This document shows, piece by piece, positions 12,201 to 19,815 of a stretch of 64,000 bases of DNA. The stretch comes from Arcobacteraceae bacterium (GTDB taxonomy: Bacteria; Campylobacterota; Campylobacteria; Campylobacterales; Arcobacteraceae): the NCBI GenBank assembly GCA_963662945.1, contig OY759974.1, positions 1,632,001-1,696,000 on the forward strand. Reading direction: 5' to 3'. Both the position numbers and the translations under genes were made by a program. The first letter of the stretch is position 1; every line of letters begins with the position of its first letter. The notes below the pieces were generated by a model. The model worked only from the letters and a program-made list of their open reading frames with translations. It searched no databases and was not told the origin of the DNA.

Positions 12201-13947
12201 GCTCATCGTTGTAAACATCCATATCTTTAGAAGGAATATCTAATGAACCTTTACCGTTTGCATCTAAGGTTACAGTGTATTCTGTTCCTCCAACTTCAAC
12301 TGTTAATGTAGCAGTTGTTCCAGCTTGTGGTGGGTTTGTAGTTTCAAAGTTAAATGTTACATTCTCTGCATTCTCATTTACATCCGCTGTTGTTACAGTT
12401 ACTTTAGTAGTATCCTCAAAATCCACAACTTTAGCAGAGGCAGTAGCACCAGTTACATCAGTAGCTTCAAAGTTTCCACCGTTAATAGATTTTACAGTTG
12501 CAGTAATAGTTTGCTCATCGTTGTAAACATCCATATCTTTAGAAGGAATATCTAATGAACCTTTACCGTTTGCATCTAAGGTTACAGTGTATTCTGTTCC
12601 TCCAACTTCAACTGTTAATGTAGCAGTTGTTCCAGCTTGTGGTGGGTTTGTAGTTTCAAAGTTAAATGTTACATTCTCTGCATTCTCATTTACATCCGCT
12701 GTTGTTACAGTTACTTTAGTAGTATCCTCAAAATCCACAACTTTAGCAGAGGCAGTAGCACCAGTTACATCAGTAGCTTCAAAGTTTCCACCGTTAATAG
12801 ATTTTACAGTTGCAGTAATAGTTTGCTCATCGTTGTAAACATCCATATCTTTAGAAGGAATATCTAATGAACCTTTACCGTTTGCATCTAAGGTTACAGT
12901 GTATTCTGTTCCTCCAACTTCAACTGTTAATGTAGCAGTTGTTCCAGCTTGTGGTGGGTTTGTAGTTTCAAAGTTAAATGTTACATTCTCTGCATTCTCA
13001 TTTACATCCGCTGTTGTTACAGTTACTTTAGTAGTATCAATTGTATCTGTTACATTAATAGTAACTGTTGAGTTCGTAATCTCAATAGCATCAAACCCAC
13101 CACCTGTAAGACTCACTATATTTACAGTTACAGTATCTGGGTCAATATACACATCACTATCTTTTGTAGCTATATCAAAATCAAAACTAGTAGTACCAGC
13201 AGGGATAGTATAAGTTGTTGGTACGCCATTGATATTAACAACCATAGTCATAGTAGTAAAAGGTGCTTGTGAAAGGCTAAGTGTAAAAGTACTGCTGTCT
13301 TGATCTTCATTAACATCAAGTCCACTTAAACTAGCTGTAGTATTTGTATAGAATGGGCTATTTGAAGGGGGAGTATTTGTAGTTGTAGGACTCTCAGGGT
13401 TTTCAGGTCTAACACGATCATCTTCTGCTCCATTACCAGTAGCTTCTTGATTTCTATCTTCTTCTGATAAAAATGCAGTATCTTGCGGACCAGCACCAGC
13501 AGCTGTTGCTTCCATATTATCAAGCATAGCTTGGAAATCATCTATTACAGCACCACCAGCAAGTGTTGAACCATCTAAAGATAAAGCTTCTTTTAATGCT
13601 TCTACTATCTCACCACTTTCAAATTCTGGATTGTGTAGAGCAGCATCAATTTGTTTATCACCTTCTATGTTTGTTGAAACACCAAAAATAGTATCAATAC
13701 TAAATGGATCCATTGGATTATTTTGTTGAATTAATTCTGCCATATTGTTAAGTACAATATTTATTCTTTCTCCATTATTTGTCATGAAATATACATTCAT
13801 TGTATTATTATCATTGATTAACTGAAATTGATAACTTTGTACTCCAGTAAAATAAATTTGTTCACCTTGTGTAGGTGAAATATTCATATTACTCGTTATC
13901 TCTTGTTCTTTGATATCTCCATTTGAACTTCTAATAATCATTTTCAT
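259..13947 (-). CDS. Giant LapA-like/RTX-type T1SS adhesin (retention module, tandem Ig-like repeats, DUF4114-like, Calx-beta/cadherin-like, vWA, C-terminal secretion signal)
   Basis: ORF 259..13962; likely start is ATG 13947, preceded by a GAGGGG RBS. Motifs: EATAAG; 104-aa repeats with GGNFEA/DTTKVTV; GFEDLSLGDKDYDDVV; vWA LDVSGSM...FLSDGNPT; RTX-like IDGGTGYDIL; acidic, Thr/Asp-rich composition. Confidence 0.9.
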   Translation of the reverse strand: MKMIIRSSNGDIKEQEITSNMNISPTQGEQIYFTGVQSYQFQLINDNNTMNVYFMTNNGERINIVLNNMAELIQQNNPMDPFSIDTIFGVSTNIEGDKQIDAALHNPEFESGEIVEALKEALSLDGSTLAGGAVIDDFQAMLDNMEATAAGAGPQDTAFLSEEDRNQEATGNGAEDDRVRPENPESPTTTNTPPSNSPFYTNTTASLSGLDVNEDQDSSTFTLSLSQAPFTTMTMVVNINGVPTTYTIPAGTTSFDFDIATKDSDVYIDPDTVTVNIVSLTGGGFDAIEITNSTVTINVTDTIDTTKVTVTTADVNENAENVTFNFETTNPPQAGTTATLTVEVGGTEYTVTLDANGKGSLDIPSKDMDVYNDEQTITATVKSINGGNFEATDVTGATASAKVVDFEDTTKVTVTTADVNENAENVTFNFETTNPPQAGTTATLTVEVGGTEYTVTLDANGKGSLDIPSKDMDVYNDEQTITATVKSINGGNFEATDVTGATASAKVVDFEDTTKVTVTTADVNENAENVTFNFETTNPPQAGTTATLTVEVGGTEYTVTLDANGKGSLDIPSKDMDVYNDEQTITATVKSINGGNFEATDVTGATASAKVVDFEDTTKVTVTTADVNENAENVTFNFETTNPPQAGTTATLTVEVGGTEYTVTLDANGKGSLDIPSKDMDVYNDEQTITATVKSINGGNFEATDVTGATASAKVVDFEDTTKVTVTTADVNENAENVTFNFETTNPPQAGTTATLTVEVGGTEYTVTLDANGKGSLDIPSKDMDVYNDEQTITATVKSINGGNFEATDVTGATASAKVVDFEDTTKVTVTTADVNENAENVTFNFETTNPPQAGTTATLTVEVGGTEYTVTLDANGKGSLDIPSKDMDVYNDEQTITATVKSINGGNFEATDVTGATASAKVVDFEDTTKVTVTTADVNENAENVTFNFETTNPPQAGTTATLTVEVGGTEYTVTLDANGKGSLDIPSKDMDVYNDEQTITATVKSINGGNFEATDVTGATASAKVVDFEDTTKVTVTTADVNENAENVTFNFETTNPPQAGTTATLTVEVGGTEYTVTLDANGKGSLDIPSKDMDVYNDEQTITATVKSINGGNFEATDVTGATASAKVVDFEDTTKVTVTTADVNENAENVTFNFETTNPPQAGTTATLTVEVGGTEYTVTLDANGKGSLDIPSKDMDVYNDEQTITATVKSINGGNFEATDVTGATASAKVVDFEDTTKVTVTTADVNENAENVTFNFETTNPPQAGTTATLTVEVGGTEYTVTLDANGKGSLDIPSKDMDVYNDEQTITATVKSINGGNFEATDVTGATASAKVVDFEDTTKVTVTTADVNENAENVTFNFETTNPPQAGTTATLTVEVGGTEYTVTLDANGKGSLDIPSKDMDVYNDEQTITATVKSINGGNFEATDVTGATASAKVVDFEDTTKVTVTTADVNENAENVTFNFETTNPPQAGTTATLTVEVGGTEYTVTLDANGKGSLDIPSKDMDVYNDEQTITATVKSINGGNFEATDVTGATASAKVVDFEDTTKVTVTTADVNENAENVTFNFETTNPPQAGTTATLTVEVGGTEYTVTLDANGKGSLDIPSKDMDVYNDEQTITATVKSINGGNFEATDVTGATASAKVVDFEDTTKVTVTTADVNENAENVTFNFETTNPPQAGTTATLTVEVGGTEYTVTLDANGKGSLDIPSKDMDVYNDEQTITATVKSINGGNFEATDVTGATASAKVVDFEDTTKVTVTTADVNENAENVTFNFETTNPPQAGTTATLTVEVGGTEYTVTLDANGKGSLDIPSKDMDVYNDEQTITATVKSINGGNFEATDVTGATASAKVVDFEDTVMIRVFASDSNGNPLTDTQGNYLTVNETAEGGATHYVALAFEPNTTVFNDSTQLDTQLGKVDFTFTNKTTENNDYTPQTTITSIALGTAISMDAVDDKVAENSENLEISIGNYVAPTSGLIYEAVDIDGVVTTTITDNDIAPEAKDNTNTATETGTEFIAAEDEANDGQSATGNVITDSQADIGSNPLSITAINFNGSVINIPTNGDDITITGDYGTLTINNTGAYTYDVNESITDSWNVGKSEIDQFTYTLSDGYNPDDTAKLSITVEGKDDAPVITSISANDRATHTIDGLIDIDGDGIADEYTPDDFTHADKGLIFAGENGDLNINMGTVSSSMSVEYNGGQASYHNAIGYYLADENGNPTEAHIIYVEDASFVGTQAEMLGTLNNLVGNVGFFIIPDGGDKNITTNSEITFDDQGNMVINNTVQTAYYSDNDLNSDNHDHVIATVNEDGGLILGFEDLSLGDKDYDDVVLTIKPCETLSQTDQILNNIQLSDVDDTNLESATIVLKNYQTGDEIKYENLPNGISGNSEVINGTLVITLSGSATIGQYEEAVKSLTFETDSENRDPRTFEFTVNDGDKTSNTKEITVDIGGCSLNTGDYTNTVIATDDYGKVETAQGEFEVTSFDNGNQSEPDVAALKDGGFVVAWTEVSGDSYKSAIVNDFNNDGDTNDSGETVWQNGLVNHDVFIQRYDADGEPIGDVTRVNTFVTNVNEDGGRSQHDVNVVGLENGNYLVTWTSDDQYVGQDSWDNGSSYIQGQIYDVNGNPVCGEFTVARAEYDPIVALPDGGFIVTWSADARLDNTDHDGTANNPTDGTDNPIYSDTHDGSGFGVIAQRFDALGNEVGDRVIVNQLTTNDQLDSDIVMIDDNTAIMTWQSQNGTNGDFDIYAQTLKLTSNGLEVVSNSDIAIATGAENQTNPEVTALSNGTAIITYQSDTNIMAKTVSTTGVGSEVTIAAGANPVITALAAGVVIVYEENGTIFAKTFDGTNVSDATIVSENTTAQTLPAVTTLEDGSYVISWQDENGISAHRYNGDGTEYHQNEFDMLEDNSLTITADRIMENDNDPEGHTFEVISVQDATNGSVTMDANGNITFTPNPDYNGPATFKYTIQDELGAQDTATVYLNVKPVGEPSIFVGTMCDADIQSHNIIVNEGEEAVLAVKISGAEANSTVSLTLADGTALVTEDYDATFSYSFDGTHWTVYDSNNPISIPEGASKFAVKMDTVENNVNEDDELFSLSATLSTGESDTGTVTILDDDTNPPVADAVLTTSNLDTDDAVLATFASETNTPNEAEIAFFKKLDIGGGLDGDITNAENDSSDPADLGGQDIETIENNLVFDITSLPTYGDVYIQVGDVYTKLDASNLDEASTLLNTADTVYWSATHEQVPAQTEEKSIGGIYDNGITASWQSDDVTVIARDENNQEASINYVTNDGIGVSGNTGSGPSNQLGYDPTAQKAESIIFDFKNPVTDASVAITHLIQGENGGEVGTFEAFLDGKSLGVFTFSNNSSAGADYVLTAESHGSNNSAGSNSGTLNIDNLVFDQLRFSAQEYASQGSSTDSSDYFIGGITYHEVPGVEFEYKVIDESNNSSEEVKVVIDVATDTPVPEADTNATPTTTDDSITTPEDTPYTLTMDDFGTYSDETEAQKISIESLPTNGVLKLNGIEISANTEINVSDITTGKLSFTPSKDTDNDSSFNFKVSDGELWSDTHTTTVEVTAIADIPTVSINVSGEEIVTTTVGEVCSTSQDLGNLIAYLQDKGNVSADQVIQLAQDQNGNPAQDQYNLELTSFGDSDLALYDNISNQNATRDINNIDLNNSTAFDSSSATVVSDTINNTYHMTSNRVIFEGNIVQNGNVLGTDDNDVIIAKGEIQGGSNINAGDGDDIIAIIGDIGANQPAIAGGDGTDILYLSKPASSYYFSDIHFHDNLDGHIVDRDTGKTLTFNNIEGIAFGDGSGLNCDVNGGVTTTTEYKYDINISAALADTDNSETLTVSITGVPIGAVLSSDIYTLVDNNDGSWDVTVPAGVKTISDTLTMTTSEQHSDLNLNITARATETNENENGLNYKEATASDALINIEITDSTPNIDGDNIVYEEALTNSYDDREMTTGTFKITTEDGLSNISINGTTITESELLDIVATPKVITTTYGEIEINGYDATTGMVNYSYEIKENTTDHTVANQKDSVVDSISIKVTDTDGDTKENTLDVRIVDDIPTVSDQNAQLTFGADGTVTATTTTNLVFTLDVSGSMTNNDGKITLDDGTQTDRLELAKDAIIDAVGAYMSQGAVNVNLTLFAETAKMVDFSNASGQQSWMTVTENNFDSFKAIVNNVSNSGIGQYTNYEAAIDETVDSYNIGTPNADTTVAYFLSDGNPTAEFTSVNNTNTYKSTWDNNGYDNSDSGDTDGSKSWLDSAYISQWTSFITNNNIEIQALGIGTGIDTSAGSYLAQLAVGNNASVEQVTDPTKLSDTILGNITGSLSGNIFFGADSEGTIDSITVDGIEYTKPTDADETTITTTNGGSLTVDFMDGSYTFEAKQSQYDDGDKETFEVKVSDEDGDSATFNLNISMDSVSERFTLTSDTATIDGGTGYDILDTDGNFDLSSIASRVNNIEEINLSNNNSNDTIHIDLEDIVAITDEDNDLVIRGDNGDTINLDENDGWQRSDTTTNIDGQDFTEYTNTNNSTISVFIDNDLDTTGLN
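8354..13038. repeat. Tandem array of 15 x 312-bp (104-codon) repeats inside the adhesin
   Basis: The shadow ORF starting MYSVPP recurs every 312 bp from 8531 to 12899. Translations of the complete copies are identical in three different frames. Confidence 0.97.
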
Positions 13948-14085
13948 AGCAAAACCCCTCAATAGTTTTTATTTCAAATATTTTAGTATATAAAAGTTTC
14001 TAGTGAGTTGCTATTTTGAGAAATTTTGTAACTTTATAAATTATTATAATATAGTTAATTTTTAGTTATGATTTATTGAAAAGAA

Positions 14086-14116
14086 AAGTGATATAAATTA
14101 AGAATTTATATCACTT
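14086..14116 (-). terminator. Hairpin downstream of prs, probable intrinsic terminator
   Basis: aagtgatataaatt-aag-aatttatatcactt, a 14-bp perfect stem followed by a T-rich run on the minus strand. Confidence 0.7.
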
Positions 14117-14135
14117 AATATAGGTTAAGTTAAGT

Positions 14136-15071
14136 TTATTCTACGCTAAAAATATCATTAACAGATTCGTTATTTGATATTCTTCTAATTGTTTCTGCAA
14201 ATATTTTTGTTGCTGTTAAAACTGTAATTTTTGAGCAAGCTTGTTTTAATGGGATAGTATCAGTGATAACAAGTTCATCTAATGCACCACTTTCAAGTCT
14301 TTCATAAGCTGGTCCACTTAAAACACCATGAGTACAACAAGCCATAACAGATGTTGCTCCACGAGATTTTAATACTTCAGCTGCTTTTACAAGAGTTCCT
14401 GCTGTATCAACCATATCATCTACTAAAATAACATCTTTACCAGTTACGTCACCAATGATATTCATAACTTCAGATTCATTTGCTTTCTCTCTTCTTTTAT
14501 CAACGATTACAAGATCAAGTCCAAGTTTTTGTGCATAGTTTCTAGCTCGTGCAACACCACCAATATCTGGAGAGGCAATGATTGGATTTGGAAGATTTTT
14601 TTGTTTTAAATAATCTGTAAATATAATTGAACCATATAAATTATCAACAGGGATATTAAAAAATCCTTGAATTTGTGCAGCATGTAAGTCTACTGTAATA
14701 ACTTGGTCAATACCAGCTCTTTCAATCATCGAAGCTACTAGTTTTGCAGAGATTGGAACTCTTGGCGCTGCTTTTCTGTCTTGTCTTGCATATCCAAAAT
14801 ATGGAATTACAGCTGTAACAGTTCCTGCATTACTTCTTTTAAAAGCATCAGTCATAATTAAAAGTTCCATTAGGTTATCATTTGTAGGTGCACAAGTAGG
14901 TTGGATGATATATACATCTCTTCCTCTTACACTCTCTGTAATGTTTACGTTAATTTCACCATCACTAAATCTATTTAATTGTATTTCACCTAAGCTAACT
15001 TTTAAATAATCAGCAATTTTTTTTGAAAACTCTGGATTTGCAGACCCTGAAAATAGTTTGTATCCTCTCAT
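14136..15071 (-). CDS. prs: Ribose-phosphate pyrophosphokinase
   Basis: FSDGE, YFGYARQDRK, DLHAAQIQGFF, VDDMVDTAGT motifs. Confidence 0.98.
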   Translation of the reverse strand: MRGYKLFSGSANPEFSKKIADYLKVSLGEIQLNRFSDGEINVNITESVRGRDVYIIQPTCAPTNDNLMELLIMTDAFKRSNAGTVTAVIPYFGYARQDRKAAPRVPISAKLVASMIERAGIDQVITVDLHAAQIQGFFNIPVDNLYGSIIFTDYLKQKNLPNPIIASPDIGGVARARNYAQKLGLDLVIVDKRREKANESEVMNIIGDVTGKDVILVDDMVDTAGTLVKAAEVLKSRGATSVMACCTHGVLSGPAYERLESGALDELVITDTIPLKQACSKITVLTATKIFAETIRRISNNESVNDIFSVE

Positions 15072-15184
15072 TATATCGTCCCTTTTGTATCTATATGTAT
15101 CTATTTGCGAATTATATCTAAAATCACTTTAAGTCACCAAAATCAATCTAAAAAAAAACTTCTAGTTATCTATAAGCTAATTTT

Positions 15185-15193
15185 TGCTAAAAT
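15185..15193 (+). promoter_or_regulatory. Extended -10 promoter element upstream of tig
   Basis: TGcTAAAAT about 35 bp before the start codon, the typical Campylobacterota sigma70 form. Confidence 0.45.
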
Positions 15194-15227
15194 CAGCCCA
15201 AAATATTAAATATGGAGTTCGAACATA

Positions 15228-16529
15228 ATGGAATTTAATGCAAAGAAAATAGATGAAGCAAACGCAGTTGTAACTGCAACACTACAAGCAGCAGCAATTG
15301 ATGAAAGCTTAACTAAAATAGCACAACAAGCAGCTAAAACACTTGATGTACAAGGATTTAGAAAAGGGAAAGTTCCTGTTGCAGTTGTAAAAAGCAGATA
15401 TGCTGAAAAATTAAAACAAGATGCTGAGGGTGAAGCTTTAAGAGCTGTTTTAAATGCAGCAATGACAGAGTTAAAAATAGCAAATAGTGATTTAATTGGT
15501 GAACCATCAATTACAAAATTTGATAAAAAAGACAACGGTGATATAGATGTTGAGATTCAACTATCTTCTAGACCACAATTTGATTTAGGTGATTATAAAG
15601 CATTATTACCAGAGATCAAAACAAAGAAAATCACAGCTAAAGAGATTGATGAAAAATTAAATGAGATAGCAGCACACTCTGCACCATTAGAAAAAATCAA
15701 AAGAAAAAGAGCAGTAAAAGAGGGTGACTTCGCTGTTATTGATTTTGAAGGATTTAAAGATGGTGTAGCATTTGAAGGTGGAAAAGCTGAAAAACATACA
15801 TTAGAAATCGGTTCAGGTTCATTTATTCCAGGATTTGAAGATCAAGTAATCGGTATGAAATACGATGAAGAAAAAGAGATAACTGTAACATTCCCAAAAA
15901 ATTACCAAGCTACACATTTAGCAGGTGCAGATGTTGTATTTAAAGTAAAATTACATGAGATTCAAGAAAAAGCTGAGCCTGTAATTGATGATGAATTTGC
16001 TAAAAAAGTATTACCTCAAGAAGAGGGTGCTAATGTTGAGATGTTAAAAGAAAAAATGAAAGAACAAATCAAATTAGAAAAAACAGCAAAATACTACAAT
16101 GAAGAGTTAAAACCAGCATATCTTGAAGCATTAGTAGAAAAAATTGACTTTGCAGTTCCTACAACAGTTTTAGATCAAGAGATTAGCCAAGTTCTTAACA
16201 ACCAAGTAAGAGCTATGAGTGATGAAGAGATCAAAGAACTTCAAGAAAACAAAGACAAAATAGAAAAAATGAGAGAAGAAGCAACTCCAGAAGCTACAAA
16301 AAGTGTAAAAGCTACATTTATTATTGATGCGTTAGCAAAAGCTGAAAAAGTAGAAGTAACTGATCAAGAAGTTACACAAACTTTATACTACGAAGCGATG
16401 ATGCAAGGTCAAGATGGTCAAGCTCTAATCAAACAATACCAAGAAGCAGGATACTTACCAGCTATTAAAATGTCTATGATTGAGCAAAAAGTTATTACAA
16501 AACTTTTAGATGAGAAAGCAGGAAAATAA
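15228..16529 (+). CDS. tig: Trigger factor
   Basis: GFRKGKVP ribosome-binding motif, FKBP domain FIPGFEDQ; lies upstream of clpP. Confidence 0.97.
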   Translation: MEFNAKKIDEANAVVTATLQAAAIDESLTKIAQQAAKTLDVQGFRKGKVPVAVVKSRYAEKLKQDAEGEALRAVLNAAMTELKIANSDLIGEPSITKFDKKDNGDIDVEIQLSSRPQFDLGDYKALLPEIKTKKITAKEIDEKLNEIAAHSAPLEKIKRKRAVKEGDFAVIDFEGFKDGVAFEGGKAEKHTLEIGSGSFIPGFEDQVIGMKYDEEKEITVTFPKNYQATHLAGADVVFKVKLHEIQEKAEPVIDDEFAKKVLPQEEGANVEMLKEKMKEQIKLEKTAKYYNEELKPAYLEALVEKIDFAVPTTVLDQEISQVLNNQVRAMSDEEIKELQENKDKIEKMREEATPEATKSVKATFIIDALAKAEKVEVTDQEVTQTLYYEAMMQGQDGQALIKQYQEAGYLPAIKMSMIEQKVITKLLDEKAGK

Positions 16530-17113
16530 TGTCTTATATACCAGTTGTTGTTGAACAAACAGGGAGAGGTGAGAGAAGTTACGATATCTACTCTCGTCTT
16601 TTAAAAGATAGAATTATTATGTTAAGTGGTGAAGTAAATGATGCTGTAGCATCAACAATAGTTGCACAGTTATTATTTTTAGAAGCTGAAGATCCAGAAA
16701 AAGATATCTACCTTTACATCAACTCTCCAGGTGGAGTTGTAACTTCTGGTATGTCAATCTTTGATACTATGAATTATATCAAACCAGATATTTGTACTAT
16801 TTGTATAGGACAAGCTGCTTCAATGGGTGCTTTTCTATTAAGTTCAGGAACAAAAGGGAAAAGATATTCTTTACCACATAGTAGAATTATGATACACCAA
16901 CCATTAGGTGGAGCGCAAGGTCAAGCTACAGATATAGCTATCCAAGCAAAAGAGATATTAAGAATGAAAGATGAGTTAAATCAACTTTTAGCAAAACATA
17001 CAGGTCAAGATGTTGAAAAAATTGCTCTTGATACAGATAGAGATAACTTCATGTCTGCACAAGAAGCTTGTGATTATGGACTTGTAGATAAAGTTATAGC
17101 AAGACACGAATAG
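16529..17113 (+). CDS. clpP: ATP-dependent Clp protease proteolytic subunit
   Basis: [34 protein letters not shown]. Confidence 0.98.
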   Translation: MSYIPVVVEQTGRGERSYDIYSRLLKDRIIMLSGEVNDAVASTIVAQLLFLEAEDPEKDIYLYINSPGGVVTSGMSIFDTMNYIKPDICTICIGQAASMGAFLLSSGTKGKRYSLPHSRIMIHQPLGGAQGQATDIAIQAKEILRMKDELNQLLAKHTGQDVEKIALDTDRDNFMSAQEACDYGLVDKVIARHE

Positions 17114-17122
17114 AGAGTTTTT

Positions 17123-17662
17123 ATGGTTAGAGAGATAGTAACATACCCAAATCCAATATTGAGAAAAAAATCAAGAGATGTAGAAGTGTTTGATGAAACA
17201 CTTCATACTTTGCTTGATGATATGAATGATACAATGTTAAGTGCAGGTGGTGTTGGTCTTGCTGCCATACAAATTGGTGTTGATCTAAATGTTTTAATCA
17301 TCAATATCCCTATTGACAACGAAGGGGAACTTGATGATGGAACACAACAGCCAGAAAATTTAATCGAGGCTATCAATCCTGTTATAACACATAAAGATGG
17401 AGAACTAGTATTTAATGAAGGATGTTTAAGTGTCCCTGGATTTCATGCAGAAGTAAAACGAGCTGAGCATGTGATAGTTGAATATTACAATAGACACGGT
17501 GAAAAACAAACGATGGAAGCAGAAGACTTTTTAGCTGTTGCATGGCAACATGAGATGGAACACCTAAGTGGTCATGTTTTTATAGAACATTTATCTTTTT
17601 TAAAACGAAAAAAGTTTGAAAAAGATTGGAAAAGAGAACTAAAAGAAAAGGGTAAAAAATAA
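17123..17662 (+). CDS. def: Peptide deformylase
   Basis: GVGLAAIQ, EGCLS, QHEMEHL motifs. Confidence 0.97.
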   Translation: MVREIVTYPNPILRKKSRDVEVFDETLHTLLDDMNDTMLSAGGVGLAAIQIGVDLNVLIINIPIDNEGELDDGTQQPENLIEAINPVITHKDGELVFNEGCLSVPGFHAEVKRAEHVIVEYYNRHGEKQTMEAEDFLAVAWQHEMEHLSGHVFIEHLSFLKRKKFEKDWKRELKEKGKK

Positions 17663-18150
17663 TGCAAAAAGAACCAATGACAAGTGCAGATTACGATACT
17701 TTAACATCAACATTAAATGAGATGAAATTAGTTCAAAGACCAAAAATATTAGTTGCTATTGAAGAGGCTAGACAACTAGGTGACTTAAAAGAAAATGCAG
17801 AATACCATGCAGCAAAAGAAGACCAAGCAAATATCAATAAAAAAATAGCAGAATTAGAAGACCTTATCACAAGAGTTGTGATAATAGACCCATCAACATT
17901 GGCACACGATAAGATAAGCTTTGGTTCAACAATAAAACTTATCGATGTCGATACAGATGAAGAGATAACTTACACTATAGTTGCTTCATCACACAGCAAT
18001 CCAGATGAGGGAAAAATATCTTTCCACTCTCCTTTAGCAAAACAACTTTTAGGAAAAAGTGTAGGGGATGAGTGTATAGCACAACTTCCAGGTGGGAAAA
18101 AAGAGTTTGAGATAGAAGAAGTGTATTATGATGAGGATAGAATTTGTTAA
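17662..18150 (+). CDS. greA: Transcription elongation factor GreA
   Basis: GDLKENAEYHAAK; IS..SPLA..LLGK. Confidence 0.96.
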   Translation: MQKEPMTSADYDTLTSTLNEMKLVQRPKILVAIEEARQLGDLKENAEYHAAKEDQANINKKIAELEDLITRVVIIDPSTLAHDKISFGSTIKLIDVDTDEEITYTIVASSHSNPDEGKISFHSPLAKQLLGKSVGDECIAQLPGGKKEFEIEEVYYDEDRIC

Positions 18151-18207
18151 ATTCTACTTTATAAAGTAAATAAAAGCCACAAAGATAGCTATTAACTTCT
18201 ATAAAAG

Positions 18208-18828
18208 GTGAGTATGTTGAGTAAAACATTAAATTATTATTCATCAAATGCACCACTACTTACAGAACAATATGAACTTGCTGATGTTCAAGAAATCCAA
18301 GATTTATTATTAAAAACATTTTCGAAAAATTATAACCTTTTAGAAATTGGTTGTGGCTCAGGAAGAGATGCTTTTTTTATGTTATCTAATGGGTATAATA
18401 TTACTGCTGTAGATGGTTCTGAAAAAATGATTGTGGAATCCAAAAAAATTCACCCTGAACTATCGAACAATTTATTTCATAAAATTTTACCGAATGATTT
18501 AAATTTTAATATAAAATTTAATGGAATTTATTCTATTGCTACACTGATGCACTTAGAAGAAAACGACATTAAAAAAACTATTTATAATATATTTAATTTG
18601 TTAAATGATGGTGGAAAATTTTTAATGTCAGTATCTTTATCTAGAAATGATGTGAATGAAAATGGGTTTGATGAAAAAGGTAGATTCTTTCTTATTTTAG
18701 AACAAGAAGAATGGTTAAATATGTGTAAAGATGTTGGATTTAAAATACTTGAAACTAAAGTTAATAATGATGGTTTAAATAGAGATGGTATTATATGGTT
18801 GATTTTAATTTTAGAAAAACAATGCTAA
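18208..18828 (+). CDS. Class I SAM-dependent methyltransferase (start may be ATG 18214)
   Basis: LLEIGCGSGRD motif I, AVDGS motif II, ATLMHL, L..GG.FL. No DPPY/NPPY or PC DNA-MTase catalytic motif. Confidence 0.88.
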   Translation: MSMLSKTLNYYSSNAPLLTEQYELADVQEIQDLLLKTFSKNYNLLEIGCGSGRDAFFMLSNGYNITAVDGSEKMIVESKKIHPELSNNLFHKILPNDLNFNIKFNGIYSIATLMHLEENDIKKTIYNIFNLLNDGGKFLMSVSLSRNDVNENGFDEKGRFFLILEQEEWLNMCKDVGFKILETKVNNDGLNRDGIIWLILILEKQC

Positions 18829-18837
18829 AGTAATTAT

Positions 18838-19800
18838 ATGAAACAAGATTTAGAACAACTTTTTTTACACATAATTACGAAGGGTAGGAAAGACAATACA
18901 TATAAGTTTGCATTAGGAAAATTTTTATTAGAGATTGCCTTTAATAGCACAGATATAAAAGAAATAAAAATTTCATATGATGATATTGCGGAAGCTTTTT
19001 TAAAGTATTATTGGTTTCAAGAGTGTAAATATAAAATTAAACAAGATTTTAAACAAAATTCTCAACCTCAAGTTATTTCAATTATTCAAAACTATTGTGG
19101 GACTGAATATATTGCAGATAGTTTTGATAAATATTTTCAAAAAAATAATTTTAAAAATAATATTATTCAAGAGATTAAACAAAAATGTTTATATGATGTA
19201 ATTCCAAGATTTCAACCAGACGAATCAAATTTATTTTATAAACACAATCATGAAAAAAGTTTAAAAAAATATAAAATTCCAAAGCAAGAAAATAGATATA
19301 TTATTTTAAATGAAAAAGCAGTAGTTTATTTTAAAACCAATTATGAACTCTTTCACAAAGCACTTATTTTAGAATGGGCTAAATTTTTAGAAAAAACAAA
19401 TTTTACTCCAAAATTAATAGCAAAGATTGAGAATCTTGGCAAAACCAAAAGAAACTCTCTTTTAAAATATAAGAAAATGCTACTTTCAATAGATAAATCA
19501 AATAGATGCTTTTATTGTGGTTGTAATTTAGATAATAATATTCATGTAGATCATTTTATTCCATGGAGTTATGTTTATGATGATGAAATATGGAATTTAG
19601 TATTAAGTTGTTCAAGTTGTAATTTAAAAAAGAGTGATTACTTACCTAGCAAAGATTGTTTAGAAAAAATAAAATTAAGAAATTTTAAATACAATTTTTT
19701 ACAAGTAAATAAAGATATTGACGAATATTATCACAATTGTAAGAAATCTGGGTTTTTAGAATATTCTAGTAATTGTGATAAAAGCCAATTATCACGGTAG
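18838..19800 (+). CDS. HNH endonuclease with an N-terminal NTYKFAL-type domain
   Basis: C-terminal CFYC...HVDHFIPWS...WNLVLSCSSCNLKKSD, a zinc-binding HNH motif. Confidence 0.88.
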   Translation: MKQDLEQLFLHIITKGRKDNTYKFALGKFLLEIAFNSTDIKEIKISYDDIAEAFLKYYWFQECKYKIKQDFKQNSQPQVISIIQNYCGTEYIADSFDKYFQKNNFKNNIIQEIKQKCLYDVIPRFQPDESNLFYKHNHEKSLKKYKIPKQENRYIILNEKAVVYFKTNYELFHKALILEWAKFLEKTNFTPKLIAKIENLGKTKRNSLLKYKKMLLSIDKSNRCFYCGCNLDNNIHVDHFIPWSYVYDDEIWNLVLSCSSCNLKKSDYLPSKDCLEKIKLRNFKYNFLQVNKDIDEYYHNCKKSGFLEYSSNCDKSQLSR

Positions 19801-19815
19801 TATAGATTAATTATA

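Noticed and set aside
8354-13038. Possible CRISPR array or integron-like cassette array
   Set aside because: Units are contiguous, in-frame coding repeats with no unique spacers; no cas or integrase genes
8531-13213. Dozens of identical 76-83 aa plus-strand ORFs
   Set aside because: Antisense shadows of the adhesin's 312-bp repeats; no RBS or independent coding signal
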